The notes: generated by a model from the letters alone, not told the origin. 64,000 nt of DNA from Vampirovibrio chlorellavorus (GCA_903866275.1 CAIPMU010000012.1:6452-70451), one strand, 5' to 3'. Shown: positions 48,930 to 59,052, counted from the stretch's first letter. Numbers and translations are program-made.

Positions 48930-51698
48930 CTATAAGATTGCAAAGTCCCCTTGATTGACCGGTGTTGGTGTTTCAGCGGGTACAGCCGGTACAAATTCTG
49001 AAACGGGTACCTTTACTCCGCCGATGTTGATAGATTCAACGTCACTGAAAATGACGGTATCCGTACCATTCACCGCAATGAAAGTCTTGCCTTGGTCATT
49101 GGAGGTGATTTTCCAATCCTGGATAGTTCCATTCAGATCAATGCTGTCATCGCCAGCGCCACCATTAAAGAGATAATTGTTATGATCGCCTGCTGATACG
49201 ATGACTGTATCACTATTAGAGCCACCGGTAATCACCCCAGTATTACCAGAACCACCATTCAGGCCAGTAATCGTCTCTGTGGACAGCGCGCTGTTATTTG
49301 AATTGAACGTGTTATCTGCACCGCCCAGGTTGACTTGGTCGTTATTAACAAGACGTGCGCGATTTGAATTACCATCAATGGTCACGACACCCGTATTGGC
49401 TTGGGCCCGCACTTCGTTATTACTGCCTGTAATAGTGACAGGGCCAGCGTTATTTTTGGCTATATTTTTACCATTGGTGTTAGTCTGTGCAACGCTATAG
49501 TAACCCATGGCCTTGTTATTGCCACCGTTACTCGCTTGAACAACAGAGGGCAATTGAGCAACAGAGGGCGAGTTTGTTACTGGTGTTGTGAATGTGGTGA
49601 ATTTGGATGACCCGTCAGTCAAAGTTTGTTCGTCATTTGCGAATTGCGGAGTGTTGATGGTTGGTTGATTTGCACCAATTGGTGGCTGATCTGCGCCAGT
49701 CGGCAGGGGTGCTTCTGTTGTGACCTGGGTTTGTTCTTGAGGGACGTTTGAACGGACAAACGGATTTGCTTTGTCTGTTGTAGGCCCTGCCACCGTGCTT
49801 CCTCCGGTAGTACTGAATGGGCTTACTGTTGGCGCAGCGGTATAAACGTCATCAAAAGTGGTTCCAGGGAGCACGCCACCGTTCTCTGCCTGTTTATTTT
49901 TTAGGTCGGCCTCAATCTGTGCAGGCGTGAATCCGTGTTGTTTCTCATAGCCTGCTATTGCGGTCACCTGAGGTGCTGCAAAAGAAGTGGAACGACCTAC
50001 TGCCACGATATCACCAGGTCCAGAGTCATTGTTGAGATGATTATTCTCGTCTGCAGATGCCACTGTAACGGCGGAGTCGGGAGCGAGTTGATTGGGCTTG
50101 TCAGGCCCAAAGTTGTCGGCTGCTACAACCACGGGAATGCCTAGAGTGGTTAGTTGATCGATTTGTTCCTGTACCTTTTTTGATTGTGGAGTTTGTGATG
50201 ATTGTTCCTGCGATAGGTTAACCGCATCGACGCTGTTAGGATCTTGCTTAGCTCGTGTCGCAATTTTACCCAGTGCATCGGCGATCACTTGCGTTCTATT
50301 GCTGTCATTGCCGACATTGACGTTGACATCATGAACCTTTATTTTGACTTTTGCCTCTAAATTGGGCTGATTGCCCCCTTTCTGAATGATACTGCTGACA
50401 GTTTCACCGTGGTTGAAACCCTCACCATTCTGGTTTTGCTGCCCAGGGTTCTTGAGATCGGGGTTAAAATCATCGACCACAAAAACATCAACAGGGTCAG
50501 GTTTGTTAACGACACCGTTATTTGTTTGAGCAACCTGGGTTTGCTCTTGGGTAACGTTTGGACTGACAAAAGGGTTTGCCTTGTCTGCGCCAGGCTTCAG
50601 GCCAGCTTGGGTGAGGGAGGTTTGAGGCGCTTGCAGTGCTTCACCACCGGCCAATAGAGCTTTATTGACTCCCTCACTGGCGCCGTTTTTATCACCATAG
50701 AAACCCGCTTGTGCTCCCTTAAAACCGGCTTGTGCGCCTTGAAGCCCTTTTTGCACGCCTTCAGGTGAGCCAATAATGCCTGCAACAACGCCACTTGAGC
50801 CAGCAGCGGCTCCGATTGCGCCAGAAAGAGCGCCCGCGATGGATCCTGAAACTCCAGCTACTGAACCTTCAGCACCAGAAATAGCACCTTCGATGGACCC
50901 TGCAGCCAAAGCGGCCTGGCCTGCGGCGGCGGAAGCCAAAGAGGTATTCAGAGCATCTCCTGAATATGCTGCCGCAGCTGCGCCTACGGCAGCACCTACA
51001 GCGCCCTGAGCTGCACCTATGGCGCCCTGACCAGGAGCTCCCCCAAAGGCCACGTTGTCACCGTGTTGATTGGTTTGTTTGACTTGGGTGACACCTACAG
51101 CCGTGTTTGTTCCATCAACGTTGCTTTGAGAACCTTGACCTGCGCTCCAGAGTACGTTCTCACCAGAATGAGTGTCTTGTGCGGCGATACCGATATTATT
51201 CGCTTTATTAGCGCCAACAGTCGTGCTCTGAGTTAAGTTTCCGACCTTAGAAGCTCTATTATCACCATTGAAATTTGCTTGACCACCCACCCCAGCATCT
51301 TGCAGGGTATTGGCACCATGCTGGTTAAATTGCGTTCCTGATCCAATGAGGGCTGCGGAATTTTCGCCCGTGTGATTGCCTTGGAGGCCAGATCCAGTTT
51401 GAAGAAGCGTGTTTTTACCATCCGCATTTTCCTGTAAGGCCTTTGCGACTTGAGCGCCACTATTGGCACCTGTTTGGTTCTTTTGAATCAAATAGGAACC
51501 TGCCCCCAGTTGAGCAGCCTTATTATCACCCTGAGTGTCTTTTTGGGTCGTGACTTGCGCAGGCTTGGGACTTGGGGAGCTGTTGACTGGAACTTGTGAC
51601 GGATTCGAAGCCGGCTTTTCTGTGGGTGCTTGTTTGACCGTTTGTTTTTTATGATGGGGTGCTGGGGTTGGTGTAGCTCCAATTCCAGAAATACTCAT
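48930..51698 (-). CDS. 922-aa secreted multi-domain protein: Gly/Ala-rich repeats, subtilisin-like (S8) domain, C-terminal RTX/hemolysin-type Ca-binding repeats; probable T1SS substrate
   Basis: No N-terminal signal peptide. An S8-like catalytic set is present: D (VFVVDDFNP), H (NHGETV), N (VVVAADNFG) and S (GRSTSFAAPQV). The C-terminus has GGxGxD-type repeats (GGSGNTGVITGGSNSDTVIV...NGGAGDDSIDLNG). Confidence 0.65.
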   Translation of the reverse strand: MSISGIGATPTPAPHHKKQTVKQAPTEKPASNPSQVPVNSSPSPKPAQVTTQKDTQGDNKAAQLGAGSYLIQKNQTGANSGAQVAKALQENADGKNTLLQTGSGLQGNHTGENSAALIGSGTQFNQHGANTLQDAGVGGQANFNGDNRASKVGNLTQSTTVGANKANNIGIAAQDTHSGENVLWSAGQGSQSNVDGTNTAVGVTQVKQTNQHGDNVAFGGAPGQGAIGAAQGAVGAAVGAAAAAYSGDALNTSLASAAAGQAALAAGSIEGAISGAEGSVAGVSGSIAGALSGAIGAAAGSSGVVAGIIGSPEGVQKGLQGAQAGFKGAQAGFYGDKNGASEGVNKALLAGGEALQAPQTSLTQAGLKPGADKANPFVSPNVTQEQTQVAQTNNGVVNKPDPVDVFVVDDFNPDLKNPGQQNQNGEGFNHGETVSSIIQKGGNQPNLEAKVKIKVHDVNVNVGNDSNRTQVIADALGKIATRAKQDPNSVDAVNLSQEQSSQTPQSKKVQEQIDQLTTLGIPVVVAADNFGPDKPNQLAPDSAVTVASADENNHLNNDSGPGDIVAVGRSTSFAAPQVTAIAGYEKQHGFTPAQIEADLKNKQAENGGVLPGTTFDDVYTAAPTVSPFSTTGGSTVAGPTTDKANPFVRSNVPQEQTQVTTEAPLPTGADQPPIGANQPTINTPQFANDEQTLTDGSSKFTTFTTPVTNSPSVAQLPSVVQASNGGNNKAMGYYSVAQTNTNGKNIAKNNAGPVTITGSNNEVRAQANTGVVTIDGNSNRARLVNNDQVNLGGADNTFNSNNSALSTETITGLNGGSGNTGVITGGSNSDTVIVSAGDHNNYLFNGGAGDDSIDLNGTIQDWKITSNDQGKTFIAVNGTDTVIFSDVESINIGGVKVPVSEFVPAVPAETPTPVNQGDFAIL

Positions 51699-51887
51699 GC
51701 TCTCTCTCCTATTTTTGAATTTTTTGCGCTAAAGCCACAGGTTTTAAGTCTCTATTAAAATATTAAAAACAAATATATAGGAAGGAATTGCCTTGAGATT
51801 TAAGATGGATATAAGGAATTGTTAGTTTTTCTTAATAGTTTGACTAGAGCGTGTTTGTTATGGCACCCCTATAATCAGAAGGCTGTC

Positions 51888-51966
51888 ATGCCTGTGAACG
51901 CAGGCATCCATCTCGCCTTTGACCTGAAAGCCAAGCCGCACAATGGATTCCCGCGTTCGCGGGAAT
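51888..51966. repeat. Two perfect palindromic hairpin elements in the AT-rich spacer
   Basis: ATGCCTG-tgaacg-CAGGCAT at 51888-51907 and ATTCCCGCG-tt-CGCGGGAAT at 51947-51966. Confidence 0.7.
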
Positions 51967-52637
51967 GACAAGCCTTCAGCCATTTGTAACTGATAACATG
52001 CCCTGGCCAATCCACCACTGCTGTTTTAAAGTTAATTCGGTAAGATTGAATCAACTTATATGCTGACTGTTCTGACCGCAAAATCTGGAAACACAGGCGT
52101 CAAGTAGCCCTGGTTGTTTTGCCGCTTTGCGTCATAGAGCGATTTCACATCGCTGCATCGTGTGAATGCTTCACCGTGATGGTTGAGCATATCAGGATTG
52201 GATTAAGGCTCAATGTATAAAAGGGCATCGCTAAATCTCTGAAGCCTTTTAGCGCCGACTTGAGCATAACCGGCGGGATATTGGCAGGCTTTTGATTCTA
52301 CAACCCCTGATTCGTTTGGATACGTTGAGGAAAAGTTGAAATCTGCAATGAATTTTACCAATCAAACACCAATCAAACATGGGGCACTTTGGGCATGGAA
52401 GCTTTTACCCTTTTTGGCCAAAGCCCCTAAAATGTGACCTTGATAGGTTTTCAATAATTGTTTTTTTGAATGGAGGTTTTGGGCGCATCAATTTCGCTGC
52501 ACTGGTTTTATACCAGCAGATGCAATAGAACCAGAAAATCTCAATTCCAATCCAAGGTTGACGACAGCCGAAACAGCTTCGTTTTTTCGGTATTGCCCGT
52601 TTCCTGTTAAACATTGAATGAATGGGAGTGATCCACA

Positions 52638-52973
52638 ATGAGTCTTAGTCCAAGTAGCTTTAGATATTCGTCGTCTTTTGCCAGACCCGAGGGAAATCGC
52701 CCACCCAAGTTGAGTCCCCAGAAGAGAGCGACTGAATTTGCGATCTCGGTTCCTGCCGCTGCCCTGAATACGGGCAAGGCAATCATGAAGGGACTCATTT
52801 TCACCGCTGTTACTACCACGGGGCTGGCTAAAACCGGGCATCCTCTGCTGGCTGGATTGGCTGGTGCGGTCGAGGTGGTCGGCACTATTCCTTATGCGGC
52901 CCTGAAAGGGTGTGCCAGTTTTTACGGTCACGTTAAAACCGGTGTCACTGGGCGCCCGCCGGGTGAAAAGTAA
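52638..52973 (+). CDS. Small membrane protein with glycine-zipper-like segment
   Basis: GLIFTAVTTTGLAKTGHPLLAGLAGAVEVVG; 111 aa. Confidence 0.4.
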   Translation: MSLSPSSFRYSSSFARPEGNRPPKLSPQKRATEFAISVPAAALNTGKAIMKGLIFTAVTTTGLAKTGHPLLAGLAGAVEVVGTIPYAALKGCASFYGHVKTGVTGRPPGEK

Positions 52974-53211
52974 CGGGTAACCTGAATCGTCAAACAGAAA
53001 GCGTTCAGCAGGTCTGGACGCTTTCTGTACTTCAATGGTTGCTCAGTGAAGCGGGGGCGGTTTTAAAAATCCTGTTTATCAAGCATGCTAATGGATCGGG
53101 ATGTGCTCGTCTGAATCTCTTGTAGAAGACTAAGATTTAAGTAGGCACAAAATTTTTTCACGGGTTTTTATTCAGCAGAACCCTGTCCTTAACCCTCATG
53201 GAGTCCACATT

Positions 53212-53607
53212 ATGGTACTCAACGCTTCTTCTTCTCGGAATCATTGTGCCAGCAGTTGTCCGGTTGCGACCACTAAGGCTGGCTCTGCCACGTTGCCTCA
53301 GTCTGGGGCTCAGTCAGCGCCTGATAGCTTTCGTAATAAAACGAATGCTCAGCCACGGTTTGGTGGTGGTGACTCGGAAACACTGGTTCAAAAGCCCGGT
53401 TTTCTGAAAAAAACGTTTGCCACCAGTTTGGGTGTGTTGTCCGGGATTGGTTTGGCCATCGGTGTCCCGCTGGGCCTTCTGCAATTGGCGGTAGGACTAG
53501 TCTTTCATCCTTTACTGATTACCGGCCTGATCACGATGGCGATTCCCGCGGCAGGACTGTTTGGTGCCTGGTTGCTGGGCCGAGAAAAGACTGTCACTAA
53601 AAGTTAA
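53212..53607 (+). CDS. Small membrane protein, compositional paralog of the 52638 ORF
   Basis: LGVLSGIGLAIGVPLGLLQLAVGLVFHPLLITGLITMAIPAAGLFGAWLLG; 131 aa. Confidence 0.4.
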   Translation: MVLNASSSRNHCASSCPVATTKAGSATLPQSGAQSAPDSFRNKTNAQPRFGGGDSETLVQKPGFLKKTFATSLGVLSGIGLAIGVPLGLLQLAVGLVFHPLLITGLITMAIPAAGLFGAWLLGREKTVTKS

Positions 53608-53738
53608 GTGTTCAGCGATCCGCTGCCAAAAAATTCAGAACAAAACGCCCAAGCTCTCAGGCTTGGGCGTTTTGGCTTTAAAAATGGGGCATCTGCAGAC
53701 AGAGTGCCCCTTAAAGGTCAGATGACTGTGCTTTGGGT

Positions 53739-54020
53739 CTAGGTTGACTTGAAGCGTCGGATTCGGGAGGGTCCTTCGCCCTGGTCATTCTGGGAAGGCG
53801 GGGTGTCATTGTCGCTGGACTCTTCGTCGTGGTCTACCAATTGCAGGTGTCGCTTGAATTCAACATAGAAGCCACAGTTCTTGACCAGAACATCCCCTTC
53901 CAGATGAGCGACTCCCACGGCCAGCGCTTCCAGCAGAGGACACATCACCCCTTTGAGAAAGTACTCGCAGGAGTAACATTGGTCTTCTTCTTCAATATGG
54001 ACGCTACCGTCGTAAAACAT
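53739..54020 (-). CDS. Hypothetical 93-aa protein with CxxC...C motif and acidic tail
   Basis: DQCYSCEYFLKGVMCPL. Confidence 0.35.
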   Translation of the reverse strand: MFYDGSVHIEEEDQCYSCEYFLKGVMCPLLEALAVGVAHLEGDVLVKNCGFYVEFKRHLQLVDHDEESSDNDTPPSQNDQGEGPSRIRRFKST

Positions 54021-54638
54021 GGTGGATCATTGTTCCTTCGTTCAAGGTGTTTTGTAATTTCAGAAGCGGTTGAGCGGCCTGACGTCGGGTTAAAGGGGGA
54101 TGAATCATCTGGCCGGAATGCGTGTTTAGCCTTGTTGGGCCGCTTTAGTTCAAAAAGTATACCGACTATCTTATTATAGATCCGCTGTCGGTGAATTTAA
54201 AGTAGTCGTCTGGTTATGAAGTCCCAAAAACTTCAGTTTAAAATTGCGGCCTTATGGCTGAGCGTGTTTACCTACTACATCTTAAATATTGATGTTTACA
54301 ATGTGTTACAATCTGCCGGTTTTCCGTAAAAACGTTGACATTTGTTACACTCGGGCCAGAACCGACGGTGCCTGATCGCTGGTTGAAGGTGTTGATTTTG
54401 CGTGAATGATGGTAAAAATCCCTTCGACTTTCCCGCTTTTGTCGTACTCTGTAAGGAGAACGCTGGCTGGGACTTCGGATGATCGAAAACCTGCCGGGCT
54501 TTGCGTGATATTCGGTTCAGTGTCTCAGGGTTGTTCCTGGTTTTTTCATTGGGATGAGAGAGTCCTTTGAGCCGGTTCATCGTATCGTTGAGGATTGGTA
54601 AGCTGTTTGAAGCTCAGGAATGAGGGAATAGAAACACG

Positions 54639-56249
54639 ATGGATGTGTTAAAAAGCAGTATTAACATCAGTGATCCGACCTATCTGGAGAACCATGAGGC
54701 CATGTCTGCCCTGGTGGCCGACCTGAAAGCCCGTGTGAGTCAGGTAAAACTGGGCGGGGGCGAAGTGGCTGTCCAGCGCCACACCAGCCGGGGTAAACTC
54801 TTCGTGCGGGATCGCATTGAAGCACTGCTGGATGCGGATACGCCGTTTCTGGAATTTAGCGCACTCGCTGCGACAGATATTTACGATAACGCAGCCCCCA
54901 GTGCGGGCATTATTACAGGCATCGGGCAGGTGCATGGTACCCAGTGCGTCATTGTGGCCAACGATGCCACGGTGAAAGGCGGCTCTTACTACCCGCTCAC
55001 GGTTAAAAAACACCTGCGCGCTCAGGAGATTGCCCTAGAGAACGGCCTGCCTTGTATCTATCTGGTGGATTCCGGCGGGGCCTTTTTACCCTTGCAGGAT
55101 GAAGTGTTCCCGGATAAAGAACACTTTGGGCGGATTTTTTACAATCAGGCGCGTATGTCTGCCAAGGGGATTCCTCAGATTGCGGTGGTGATGGGTTCTT
55201 GCACCGCGGGCGGCGCTTATATTCCGGCCATGTGCGATGAAAGTGTGATCGTGCGGAATCAGGGTACCATTTTTCTGGCCGGGCCTCCGCTGGTAAAAGC
55301 CGCGACCGGAGAAGAAGTCAGTGCTGAAGATCTGGGTGGGGCCGATGTGCACTGCCGGACTTCGGGGGTGACCGATCATTATGCGCTGGATGATGAGGAC
55401 GCCATCGCCATCACCCGCAACATTGTGCAGAACCTGAACCGTCGTCCACAGGCCGTTCTTTCGCAGGATGTCCCGGAGGATCCGCTGTTTGATCCCCATG
55501 AGATCTACGGCATCATCCAGAAAGATATTCGCAAACCCTACGATGTCCGCGAAGTGATTGCCCGTCTGGTGGATGGTAGCCGCTTTCACGAGTTTAAGGC
55601 ACTGTATGGCACCAGTCTGGTGACTGGCTTTGCCCGTATCTGGGGTTATCCGGTGGGGATTGTGGCCAACAACGGCGTGCTCTTCTCGGAAAGCGCCATG
55701 AAGGCAACTCACTTTATTGAGTTGTGCAGTCAACGGGGCATTCCGTTGGTCTTTTTGCAAAATATCACCGGGTTTATGGTGGGTCGTCAGTACGAATCCG
55801 GCGGGATTGCCCGGGATGGCGCCAAGATGGTAATGGCTGTGTCGAATGCGGCAGTCCCCAAGTTTACCGTGATCATTGGCGGCTCCTATGGCGCGGGCAA
55901 TTACGGCATGTGTGGTCGCGCTTTTGGCGCCCGACAGCTCTGGATGTGGCCCAATGCCCGCATCTCGGTGATGGGCGGCGAACAGGCGGCAAACGTCTTG
56001 CTCACCGTCAAGAAAGACCAGCTGGCCGCACAAGGCAAACCGGCCATGTCCACTGAGGATGAGGAAACGTTTAAAGCGCCCACCCTGGAAAAGTACGCCC
56101 GCGAGAGCAGCGCCTACTATAGCAGTGCCCGGCTTTGGGATGATGGCGTAATTGACCCGGCGGATACCCGAACGGTATTGGGGCTGGGCATTGCCGCCGC
56201 CCTGAACGCGCCTTTTCCGGCCCGCGAACATGGGGTTTTCCGGTTCTAG
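54639..56249 (+). CDS. Acyl-CoA carboxylase carboxyltransferase subunit (methylcrotonyl-/propionyl-CoA carboxylase beta-chain family)
   Basis: Two crotonase-fold CT halves and a conserved G(G)xYG(A)GNY region ([13 protein letters not shown]); 536 aa. Confidence 0.8.
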   Translation: MDVLKSSINISDPTYLENHEAMSALVADLKARVSQVKLGGGEVAVQRHTSRGKLFVRDRIEALLDADTPFLEFSALAATDIYDNAAPSAGIITGIGQVHGTQCVIVANDATVKGGSYYPLTVKKHLRAQEIALENGLPCIYLVDSGGAFLPLQDEVFPDKEHFGRIFYNQARMSAKGIPQIAVVMGSCTAGGAYIPAMCDESVIVRNQGTIFLAGPPLVKAATGEEVSAEDLGGADVHCRTSGVTDHYALDDEDAIAITRNIVQNLNRRPQAVLSQDVPEDPLFDPHEIYGIIQKDIRKPYDVREVIARLVDGSRFHEFKALYGTSLVTGFARIWGYPVGIVANNGVLFSESAMKATHFIELCSQRGIPLVFLQNITGFMVGRQYESGGIARDGAKMVMAVSNAAVPKFTVIIGGSYGAGNYGMCGRAFGARQLWMWPNARISVMGGEQAANVLLTVKKDQLAAQGKPAMSTEDEETFKAPTLEKYARESSAYYSSARLWDDGVIDPADTRTVLGLGIAAALNAPFPAREHGVFRF

Positions 56250-56251
56250 GG

Positions 56252-56833
56252 CTAAATCAGGCTTTTGCTCATGTAGTGGTAGTGTTCGCCATCAAAGCCG
56301 TTGCGTTCGTAAACACGAATGGCGCGAGCGTTGGCTTTCTCCACGTAAAGGCGCAGTTCGCGACCGCCTGTAGAGGCCGCGGCTTGTTCCAGCGTGTGTA
56401 GTATCTGTTCAAAGACGCCTTTTCCGCGATGCTCCGGTTGAATGTAGAGGCTTTGAATCCACCAGTAGGACGCGTTGTGCCAGTCGCTCCACTCCAGCGT
56501 AATCAAGGTGCAGGCAATGGGCACCTGCCCCAGTTCTGCGACCCAATAGGTGCCCAGCGCGGGATTGTTAAATACGGCACGAATGCCCGCCAGCAGGGTG
56601 TCCGGGTTGAGTTGCATGCCTTCGCTCTCCCAGGCCATGGCCAGAATGAGCGTGGCCAGCCCCTCGGTTTCCTCCGGGCGGGCAGGGCGAATATGTAAGC
56701 CGGTCCGATCATCGGTTGATCCTGAGGTCGTGGGGCTGACGGCTGGCTGGCTGTGTGGCACAGGCAACCCAGTAGACGCCGGAAAGGAGGTGTTAGGTTG
56801 GGAAGGGTCAGCAGGATGCGGCAAGTTTGTCAT
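56252..56833 (-). CDS. GNAT-family N-acetyltransferase
   Basis: QPEHRGKGVFEQIL acetyl-CoA-binding motif. The N-terminal about 45 aa is Pro/Ser-rich and may be non-coding. Confidence 0.65.
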   Translation of the reverse strand: MTNLPHPADPSQPNTSFPASTGLPVPHSQPAVSPTTSGSTDDRTGLHIRPARPEETEGLATLILAMAWESEGMQLNPDTLLAGIRAVFNNPALGTYWVAELGQVPIACTLITLEWSDWHNASYWWIQSLYIQPEHRGKGVFEQILHTLEQAAASTGGRELRLYVEKANARAIRVYERNGFDGEHYHYMSKSLI

Positions 56834-56870
56834 TCCGAGCAGACATTATTAAAAGCGGATTGTATCAGTT

Positions 56871-57764
56871 TCAGGCGATGCCGACCAGGCTGGAACCCTT
56901 CTGGAACGCAATCTGGAATTGCTCCAGTCCATGGGTGCCACCGTTCACCGCCTTACGCGCGGCAGTCAGATTGCCTTGCGCCAGCGCATTGCGAATTTCG
57001 GCCTCATGATCTTTCAAAAAGGCAGCCAGAATGCGCGCCGCAATCACAGATTCATTCGCGGCGCCGGGGGTTTTTAACAACTGATCGCCCAGTCCTACTT
57101 CCTGCGAGTACCGGAAGTAGTTGTTTTTGCCGGTGAGCTGCACAAAGCCCCGTCCTTTAAATCGGGCGCCATCCCCGGGCGCGTTGTTGCCGAGATCCTT
57201 GCGAAAATCGTAGAGGCCGAATGGCGCGCCACCGGGTGCCGTGTTGTACTTGGACTGATACTCATCGATTGGCGAAAAATTGCCGGTTTCCGCGCGGATG
57301 GTGGCCAGAGCCATCAGTACCATTGGCAAATCGCCCAGCCCCAATTGTCCCAGGGCTTGCAGGACCAGTGGTAGGTATTTTTGAATGTTTACCAACGGAA
57401 CATCCGGGAACATTTTGGCCACGGTCGGCACGGAAATCACAGGCCCGCTGGCCGGGGAAGGGTTAGCCGGTGGTGCGTTGTCCACGTCGTAACCCAATGC
57501 TTGCAGGGTGAGGTGATCGACCGAGCCTGTTGGGGTCAGGTCTTGCGCCCGTTGAAAGGCTGCAACGGCGCCTGCGGTAATATTGCCATAAATGCCATCC
57601 ACCAACCCCTGAAAAAATCCCAGTTCGTGCAAGCGGAGTTGAATGGTTTTCACGGCGTTACCTGCGTCACCGGGCTGAATTAAAACCAGTCCTAATGCAT
57701 CATTGATAGATTCCGGGATAGAATCTGGCATGGTTTGGGGTACCGGTGGCGATACGTTCGACAT
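56871..57764 (-). CDS. Peptidoglycan-binding (PG_binding_1) domain fused to a GH19-like lysozyme/chitinase catalytic domain
   Basis: N-terminal AVKTIQLRLHELGFF...YGNITAGAVAAFQ repeat. Catalytic region ATIRAETG plus GRGFVQLTGKNNY resembles the GH19 HETTG/GRGPIQLSWNYNY motifs. Confidence 0.65.
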   Translation of the reverse strand: MSNVSPPVPQTMPDSIPESINDALGLVLIQPGDAGNAVKTIQLRLHELGFFQGLVDGIYGNITAGAVAAFQRAQDLTPTGSVDHLTLQALGYDVDNAPPANPSPASGPVISVPTVAKMFPDVPLVNIQKYLPLVLQALGQLGLGDLPMVLMALATIRAETGNFSPIDEYQSKYNTAPGGAPFGLYDFRKDLGNNAPGDGARFKGRGFVQLTGKNNYFRYSQEVGLGDQLLKTPGAANESVIAARILAAFLKDHEAEIRNALAQGNLTAARKAVNGGTHGLEQFQIAFQKGSSLVGIA

Positions 57765-57783
57765 GGGGTCACTCTCTCTCGTT

Positions 57784-57830
57784 GCTCTCTGATTTTTGTG
57801 CGCTCTGATTTTTAGGCTCTCTGATTTTTG
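57784..57830. repeat. Three tandem direct repeats (about 16 nt, core CTCTGATTTTT) immediately upstream of the GH19 gene start
   Basis: GCTCTCTGATTTTTG, TGCGCTCTGATTTTTA and GGCTCTCTGATTTTTG. Confidence 0.8.
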
Positions 57831-58212
57831 TTCCAGGCAATCGCTATTGCAAAATCAAGGGGTGCTGATTTGGATAAACTCTTCTTGCGGAGTGTCGGGT
57901 TAAGCTTCGGCTGGCGTGCGTTTTGTCTTCAGAAAGTCTGTCTCAAGGTTTACGCAAGAGGATGACGCAAGCTGTGCGTCTGCCTGAAGTTCACATGCGT
58001 TTCAGCGATGATTCACCATTAAACTGCGATGTATATCATTATCATAGCGTTGAATAATTGGTTTTGAACAGGCTTTGTATCGAGACGTGAAAGCCATTCG
58101 CGTGTTAGGGTAGCACTTTTTTCAGATTGAATCGGAACCTGCAGCTGTTTTAACTCTCTTTTTCAGTGATGAACGATGGCATTCAACTTGAATTCAATTC
58201 GGGTGATTGAAT

Positions 58213-58728
58213 TCAGGTATTGATTTCTCGGGCCACCGGCGGGGGATCCATCCAGCGTGTGCGGATGTCGGATAGCAGCCCGGCGGAAGCCGCTTCAATG
58301 AGATCCAGAACATGTTCAAAGCCATCTGGTCCCCCGTAATAGGGATCGGGTACTTCCTTGACCCTTAGTTGGGGCGCAAAATCCAGGAAGTAATGAATTT
58401 TGTGCTGCAAGCCATTGGGGCACACTCGCATCACATGTTCATGGTTGGCGTGGTCCATCACCAGAATGTAATCAAACTGTTCAACGTGCTCTGGCTTGAA
58501 CTGCTGGGCCCGATGGGCGCTCATGTCGATGCCGCGCGCCAGTGCCGTCTGATGCGAGCGGGCATCGGCGGGATGTCCCACATGATACCCGTGCGTGCCG
58601 GACGAGGCGACTTGAATGAACGCCCCAAACCCACCGGTTTCCACATGGTAGCGAAACATGGCCTCCGCCGAGGGAGAGCGGCAGATATTGCCCATGCAGA
58701 CAAACATCACGGACACCGGTTTTTGCAT
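58213..58728 (-). CDS. Low-molecular-weight protein-tyrosine phosphatase
   Basis: P-loop VCMGNICRSP and a DP motif region; start chosen at MQKPVSVMFVCMGN. Confidence 0.85.
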   Translation of the reverse strand: MQKPVSVMFVCMGNICRSPSAEAMFRYHVETGGFGAFIQVASSGTHGYHVGHPADARSHQTALARGIDMSAHRAQQFKPEHVEQFDYILVMDHANHEHVMRVCPNGLQHKIHYFLDFAPQLRVKEVPDPYYGGPDGFEHVLDLIEAASAGLLSDIRTRWMDPPPVAREINT

Positions 58729-59052
58729 GTTTGCGGGGGATGGCATAGCAGCTCCTCGGACGCTTGACTGGGACTATTTGGGGTTACAACCTCAATGGGT
58801 AATGACGGAAAAACGTGGTTGAAAATAGCGATTCAGCAGGTCTTCAACCGGCCAGGTGCGGGACACAACATCCCGCGAACCCCATCCTACAATATTGTAA
58901 ACCCGGTGCCTATCCCCCTGCATGGCCCCAAACAGATTAACCGGTTGATCACACGCAACCCCTTTGACTGTCCGCAAGTTGGGCTGTCAGAAACGAGGCA
59001 AATAGTATATGATTGAGTCAGTCAGTTTGGCATTGAGAGAGAGTATTTTTCG

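Noticed and set aside
55086-56231. 381-aa antisense ORF within the carboxyltransferase gene
   Set aside because: It is a shadow ORF; the sense strand carries the conserved CT motifs.
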